DNA of 64,000 bases from NCBI RefSeq assembly GCF_001194135.2, contig NC_068981.1, positions 109,137,731 to 109,201,730 on the forward strand, in the 5' to 3' direction. Origin of the DNA: Octopus bimaculoides. Its lineage: Eukaryota. Numbering within the stretch: the first letter of the stretch is position 1; each line of letters begins with the position of its first letter. Of the stretch, positions 59,645 to 64,000 are shown piece by piece. Under the pieces are notes generated by a model. That model worked only from the letters and a program-made list of their open reading frames with translations, ran no database searches and was not told where the DNA came from. A program made the translations under genes and the position numbers.

Positions 59645-62411
59645 GGTTTCAAATTTTGGCACAAGACCAGTAATTTCAACGGTAGGGGTTAGTCATTTAC
59701 ACTGACCCTAGTGCTCAATTGGTACATATTTTATTGACCCTGAAAGTATGAAAGGCAAAGTTGACTTTGGTGAAATTTGAACATAGATAGTCAGACGAAA
59801 TGCTGCTAAGCATTTTGCCCAGCTTGCTAATGATTCTGCCAGCTCACCACCTTCTTTATCAGGTATATATTATAGCATTGATGATAAAATGTAACCTATA
59901 AGCTATCTGACTGACAGGTTGGTCAGCTTCTAATTCAGCCAGCTACAATTCTCTGGTTTAGTTTTTAATTCAAATTAATCTTATATACATTCAAAGCTGA
60001 TAAAACTAGGTGCATTTTGGGATAAGTAACCAAAAACTAAATTTCTTTCAGTTAATTTTAAATATAACAAGGAATTTAGTAAAATAACTTAGTTGTCATT
60101 AAACTAGTGTTAGGAACATAAATTGTGACTAAGGTTTGGTGGAAGATTTTAATTCAGAACTTTTGAAAATAAGTCATTTGTACTACAGAGCCAGAGGCGG
60201 TTTCAGGTGGCTTGGTGTCAAAAGGGTTTAAACGTCCTAGTAATGGTGATGATCAAAAGAAAAAATATAATTTGGAGTATTGATATAGTGATATGTATTC
60301 TTTTATTCCTCAATTTGTTTCAACTAAATTGTCTTTTGGGTTTCTTGACTGTAAGATGCATCAGATTTAGAATAAGACAAAAACCTAGTCAAATGCTTCA
60401 TTGATTCAGAAGAATCCAATTTCCAAAGTAAGAATTATTGTTATTGTCAGAGTGGTTATTTATATCATTATTATTAGCAGCAGTTTAATGTTTCCCCGTT
60501 TGACAAAGATATTGTTGTCAGAATTCCTGGAGAAAATTTAGAAAAATAAATGAAAACTAAAAGCTAATTATAAAATAATTGATAAAATATTTTACTTAAC
60601 CAGGACTTAGGTTGATCAAGGTTACAGTAAATACGCAATGAAAACTTTCCATCTCTAATTTTTTTTTTTTTTTCAATTTACTCAATTTTTGTAGCAAGGT
60701 TTTCATATATTCCTGAAGAAAGATTGAGTGAGCTGAATTAGTTATATAAAAAATAAAGTATAAAACAGACAAAAAGAAGTAAAAAATATACATGAATAAG
60801 GATGAATGTCCCGATTGTTATATTTTAATTGTTTTCAGGAATTCAGGCCATCAGTTAATGCAACTGAAGGAAACGCTCAAAGAAAAAAATCAAGCATTTA
60901 ATGAACTCTTCTCTAAGTAAGTTACCATTTGGATGTTGTTTTTTTAATTTAGGAAACAAGGGAAGTAACTTTAGGTATACTAGGAAATCAAAAGTAACCT
61001 ACCTTCTTTTAAACTTTCCGTTTGCATTTACAAATAAATTAAGTTATTATATTTCTGTTAGAGTTTGAGTTGATAATTACATTTGTAAGTCAAACTTTCT
61101 ATGAACTTGAGAAAACTTCTCGACACTATAACAGTAAGGCTTTCTTTTTAAATTTAATTTTTATTTCACCTGCTTATTTATTGAAATGTCTTGTTTCTAT
61201 ACATTTAGAGCCAATGAGAGAAGCTCTACATTAGTGGATCTTCACTTGGACAATAGCACTCCCTCAGACACATTGTCAGCTATTAATTTGGTGACAATTG
61301 TGAAATGGGGACTATAGAGCATGCTTGCTATTTAGAGGAACTGTGAGTTTTCTTACAAATGAAATATATAAACCAAATGCAATACTTTTAATTTGAACAC
61401 ATTTTCAAACAAATTTTTGTTGCAATTAAAATATGGAATCAATATGGCTACAGAGGAAGTCTCTGCATGGCTCCTTAACCCACTAGAAATCACGTCATAT
61501 TTCACTCATATTACACCCATTAATTTTTTTGTTTTTTGTAACTTTGGGCATAGGTTTGTTTCGTCAGGATTCACCTGGTGTTAAATGGCAATGACTTTAA
61601 GGCTGCTATTTCTACTTGCATTTCCCAGTTAATAAATATGATAGAAAGTTAAGTAAGGCATTTGTTTACACTATTCACTGAACAAAAAGAACAGAGCATG
61701 CAAATTTATCTTTTTGAAGCTATTACTCTGTTAACATTAATTAGGCGTCTTAATTAGTAATCATATGGATTTCTTGAATAAAAGTTTACTTACATTCATT
61801 GATATGAATACACACACACACACATGGTTTCTAAAGTACATTCATGTCTTTTATGCCATTTTGTCTCTATGTGAATTTAAATTACTGATTTATTCCAAAT
61901 GTCAGAAACATTGCATTACTTCATAAACAACAGACCCATTATTACTTGCCTCACTAAGTATAAATACAAAAAACATTCAAGACCTTATGTACTGATAAAT
62001 TACCATTATAACAAATTTACATTTCATTGCTCTTTAAGCATTACCAAAATCTTCTGATGGTAAAACGTCTCATTCAGTAGAACTTGTTAAGATATCTTGT
62101 TGTAAACTTTGACATTTGGGAAGTTCTGTATTTTGATGTAACTTATTTAAACCCTGTCTTGGCTATTTAGTGTATGTTACTACATTTTTGGTTATTGTTG
62201 AAAGTGATTTTCTTGTATTTTTACATTCAAATATAAATGCAATTCTCTATAAATTTTTCAAAAATTGTTTTAAAGGTTTACTCAAACAGATACAGAGTTA
62301 ACTCTTATGAAAGAGAAGTCTTCCAGTCAAGAAGAATGTATAAAGAAGTTACAGGAACAACTTTCTGGCTTGAAAGCTCAATTTCAAAAAGAATTACATC
62401 AAGAAAGAGAA
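36303..62411 (+). CDS. LRRC45: Leucine-rich repeat-containing protein 45 (LRR N-terminus plus start of coiled coil); 10 coding exons in window, gene continues off the right edge
   Basis: Exons 36303-36388, 36849-36982, 37668-37729, 41516-41586, 43408-43586, 49564-49692, 52069-52181, 59003-59061, 60839-60916 and 62276-62411 join in frame. Peptides LRFSDCMICPEG, LNLKGNQIR, LCLEWNDLG..FCDGLQAN..LDIRNNQVTH and DLKWNKVGLTGGRALL..IDLAGNDIP follow the LRRC45 sequence order as I recall it. Confidence 0.92.
36849..36982 (+). CDS. LRRC45: LRRC45 coding exon 2
   Basis: NDTLLLDLSHMSICADMCGILGKALSFDETINELRFSDCMICPE; tag acceptor, G|GTATAA donor. Confidence 0.9.
37668..37729 (+). CDS. LRRC45: LRRC45 coding exon 3
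   Basis: GMQAILHGLASNTSVRKLNLK; tttcag acceptor, GTAAGC donor. Confidence 0.9.
38669..39817 (+). mobile_element. Mariner transposon, decayed, catalytic region replaced by an insert
   Basis: TIRs GGGGTATCCAAAAGTAACCAGAA / TTCCGGTTCCTTTTGGGTACCC; peptides VKFCFLLGKTAAET, KTQVYEWF, ITGDESWCY and C-terminal CIASNREYFEG. Confidence 0.9.
39329..39586 (-). mobile_element. Solo-LTR-like insert (258 bp) in mariner
   Basis: Inverted termini TGTTATGG...CCATAACA; CpG-rich body unlike the mariner; no target duplication found. Confidence 0.5.
40149..40208 (+). repeat. (CT)n microsatellite
   Basis: About 30 perfect CT units. Confidence 0.95.
40308..41050 (+). mobile_element. Mariner transposon, internally deleted (second family)
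   Basis: TIRs TATAAGATAATATCAAAAAGTTTCTGAATTAGT / ACTAGTCTGGGAATTTTTTGATACCACCTTATA; MDRKLEQRARVKF, CFEWHKHFK, HPPYSPDL. Confidence 0.88.
41516..41586 (+). CDS. LRRC45: LRRC45 coding exon 4
   Basis: GNQIRGNTVESLGYLLRNNNYLT; tttacag acceptor, AG|GTAAAT donor. Confidence 0.92.
43408..43586 (+). CDS. LRRC45: LRRC45 coding exon 5
   Basis: SLCLEWNDLGILETPFIVFCDGLQANCNLKRLDIRNNQVTHHGTKQLAEALSTNKTLQVI; AAG acceptor, G|GTAAGT donor. Confidence 0.92.
43830..47499 (+). mobile_element. Near full-length RTE LINE (APE endonuclease + RT), decayed
   Basis: CCIQEVRWRG, FVAGNINGHVG, NQIDYIL (APE); YRGIKLLDQVMKV, AFIDMEKAFDRV, GVHQVSVLSPFLF, YAD(V), YLG (RT); 3' UTR and (GAT)n tail; many stops and frameshifts. 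Confidence 0.93.
43940..44154. mobile_element. MITE with 34-bp terminal inverted repeats
   Basis: TATAAGAGAAATTACCTATAACAGGTAACTTCTA (43940-43973) and its reverse complement with one mismatch (44121-44154). Confidence 0.85.
48122..48313 (-). mobile_element. tRNA-derived SINE (second family)
   Basis: Plus-strand caaggccag..ccccag..ctg.tacttattt..aaaggatgaaaggcaaagtc..aagcattttgccc..ctgccagct; recurs at 58120, 59255 and 59643. Confidence 0.8.
49339..49485 (+). repeat. Compound (AAT)n/(GAT)n/(AGT)n microsatellite
   Basis: Direct reading; ends ~80 bp upstream of LRRC45 exon 6. Confidence 0.95.
49564..49692 (+). CDS. LRRC45: LRRC45 coding exon 6
   Basis: DLKWNKVGLTGGRALLDLLHVNKTLLKIDLAGNDIPCDIVSSI; cag acceptor, G|GTATGT donor. 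Confidence 0.95.
49764..49940 (-). mobile_element. RTE 3' terminal fragment
   Basis: catcatcatcgtttaacgtccgctttccatgctagcatggg..cccttcctaacgccaaccac..gtgcttttatgtgccac. Confidence 0.8.
50756..52010 (-). mobile_element. 5'-truncated RTE LINE (C-terminus + 3' UTR)
   Basis: Minus-strand CTWCKLWTHKRCSNIRG..CGRC, LGDQVSNGDGCSES, KGRLYDACVQTAMLHSSETWAV, RRLCWYGHV; reverse copy of 46390-47499. Confidence 0.92.
52069..52181 (+). CDS. LRRC45: LRRC45 coding exon 7
   Basis: ESSLLCNQKLQLMKTNCKHKTHILCKQYRHLESENKKQ; tattgtag acceptor, CAG|GTAATT donor; phase 1 to 0 as required. Confidence 0.85.
54317..55448 (+). mobile_element. piggyBac copy with both TIRs, nested in the Gypsy element (interior partly N gap)
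   Basis: TTAA-CCCTTTCATTACTA ... TAGTAACGAAAGGG-TTAA with TTAA duplicated (54313-54316, 55449-55452); same family as 3658 (SSSDSEFEGFSTEDME). Confidence 0.95.
58120..58277 (-). mobile_element. tRNA-derived SINE inserted at the end of Gypsy pol
   Basis: Same family as 48122; flanked by repeated ttagaaataa. Confidence 0.8.
59003..59061 (+). CDS. LRRC45: LRRC45 coding exon 8
   Basis: VLNLMDKLSCTQEYLNHEK; ttttatacag acceptor, CG|GTAATT donor. Confidence 0.82.
59255..59852 (-). mobile_element. Cluster of two full and one partial tRNA-derived SINE plus (TA)n
   Basis: Copies at ~59255-59452, ~59453-59512 (partial) and ~59643-59852, all in the same orientation. Confidence 0.8.
60041..60226. mobile_element. 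piggyBac-type MITE
   Basis: Aligns with 15547-15732; ends GGTGTCAAAAGGG-TTTAA. Confidence 0.7.
60839..60916 (+). CDS. LRRC45: LRRC45 coding exon 9
   Basis: RNSGHQLMQLKETLKEKNQAFNELFS; gttttcag acceptor, AA|GTAAGT donor; coiled-coil character. Confidence 0.87.
62276..62411 (+). CDS. LRRC45: LRRC45 coding exon 10
   Basis: KFTQTDTELTLMKEKSSSQEECIKKLQEQLSGLKAQFQKELHQERE; taaag acceptor, GTAAGT donor; coiled coil. Confidence 0.85.
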
Positions 62412-62754
62412 GTAAGTGTTGGTGTTACACTTTTATTTATGGCACTATAAAATTCATCTAGAATTCATCAAAAGATTGACAGATAGTAGGTTGTCAACAG
62501 TGTTGTATTATAATCCTGCAAAAAACACTTGTAAATGAGTGAGAAACATTCTATGATGGTTCAACTTGCTACAAATAACAAACTAATCCCCTTCTGATCA
62601 CAAACTTTCACCTTAAAAAAAAGACTCATGAGATAATGTAATCCTTCATACTCGTAACAGGAATGGACACAAATGAAATTCGTTTCAATAATATAAGTCT
62701 ACGTTTTTTTTTTGTAGTTTCAGCTCAGAGCTGCAGCCATACTGGGGTACCGCT

Positions 62755-63065
62755 GTTTTGCTACATTGTTATTATTGAGAGCCTCCTCTAATATGTGGCA
62801 TTTGGTGAATAAGGCAGTTTGTTATTGCTACCCTCATTTGCACCTCTGGGACTTTCGACAGGAAGAGGTCCAGTTTTGATTTGAAAACACCTACATCCAC
62901 TTTGTGTAGGTCTCTCAGGCTCTTTGACAGCATATTAAAAAGCTGTGGGCCCCAGGCTATTGCAGTAACTGATCCTAAAGCACAATGGCATTGCTGGGAT
63001 CTTTGGCACTTTGCAGTGTCAACCCGTTCTGGCATTGGTATAGCTTTCAATGCCAAAATTTGGCA
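62755..63065 (-). mobile_element. LINE 3' end (CR1/L2-group)
   Basis: WGPQLFNMLSKSLRDLHKVDVGVFKSKLDLFLSKVPE..AITNCLIHQ, a typical ORF2 terminus. Confidence 0.7.
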
Positions 63066-64000
63066 CAATTCCTTCCAGGATTTTTCAAATGTATATTACT
63101 GCATACTTCTCCTGCCTTTGCTCCAGGGAGGAAAGTCTTATCTGTTTCAGCCTTGAAACTTGATCAAAATAAACTTTGAATTAAGAAACAACAGCAATTC
63201 TTAATATTCCACTTGCAAATTATCTCATGAATCTGGCTTAAAAGTCTTTTCTAGCCTGACTGTAAGTCCAAAACTTCAATAGGTTTTCAGTGTACTTCAA
63301 ACCAATGGATTACAGAACTCACCTCATTTGTTAGCAAATTAGTCAGAAAAATATTAAAGTTTGTAAATGTATGTTCCTATAAGATACTATAATTTAGAAG
63401 TATATATTTATTTCCAGGCAAGTAATACTTTTATTTTGATATATTATCTGTTCTTAAGATCAATCTTGTGAAAAGTTCTTCAACTTTTACAGAAAAAAAA
63501 AGAGTTTATATATTCAAGCTTTTACATTATCTATATTTATGATGTGAGTATATGCACATATATTTACATGTTTATGAATATATACTCATATATTTTATAA
63601 AGCTTGACATTATATATTCAATACTATTGGGCATTTTGTTATTTATCTTAGTCTTGTTTATCTTTTCTTTCAGTTTTAATATTTCATTTAGTTCTAATCT
63701 TCTCTACTGTTACTTTATATTTTGGTCAAGGACATGATGTGTTTAATTGTAATTAGGTTTTTCAAGTATAGCATTTGGTCTTGGAAACCTGTTTTAACCA
63801 CATATGAGCCACTCTCAGTCTTGACCAATGAAACCCACTAGTGTAATTAAAGAGTTTTATTTACAGTTTTATCAAGATAACTAGCATAGAGTCTATAAAA
63901 AAGTGACCAGGTTTCTTTGATTATGAAATAAATTATGCACAGGATAATGTTTATGAAAGAGTAAGATTAAAACAGTAACATTGGTTTATACAGAGAGACA

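Noticed and set aside
62237-62461. 74-aa ORF as an independent gene
   Set aside because: Alternative-frame reading across LRRC45 exon 10.
62412-64000. Further LRRC45 exons (and further EDC4 exons in 1-1767)
   Set aside because: No acceptor/donor pair gave an open, homologous frame; both genes appear to continue outside the window.

Overview
AT-rich, repeat-dense animal genomic DNA with N gaps. The SINE/RTE families and gene structure suggest an octopod cephalopod (inference). Two spliced genes diverge head-to-head. On the minus strand is EDC4/Ge-1 (mRNA-decapping scaffold): 9 coding exons from 22357 down to 1768, continuing off the left edge, with one U12-type intron. On the plus strand is LRRC45: 10 coding exons from 36303 to 62411, continuing off the right edge. 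Every listed splice junction keeps the reading frame. Introns and the ~14 kb intergenic spacer are filled with decayed mobile elements: RTE, CR1/L2-like and CRE-type LINEs, tRNA-derived SINEs, piggyBac and its MITEs, mariner, non-autonomous Helitrons, a Ty3/Gypsy element and solo LTRs. The most unusual item is at 25289-26117, where a tRNA-type Pol III promoter is fused to a minimal type I hammerhead ribozyme and flanked by Penelope-like inverted ends. A 28S rRNA fragment lies just across the adjacent gap. All coordinates were read by hand and no searches were run. Repeat boundaries are approximate unless termini are quoted.
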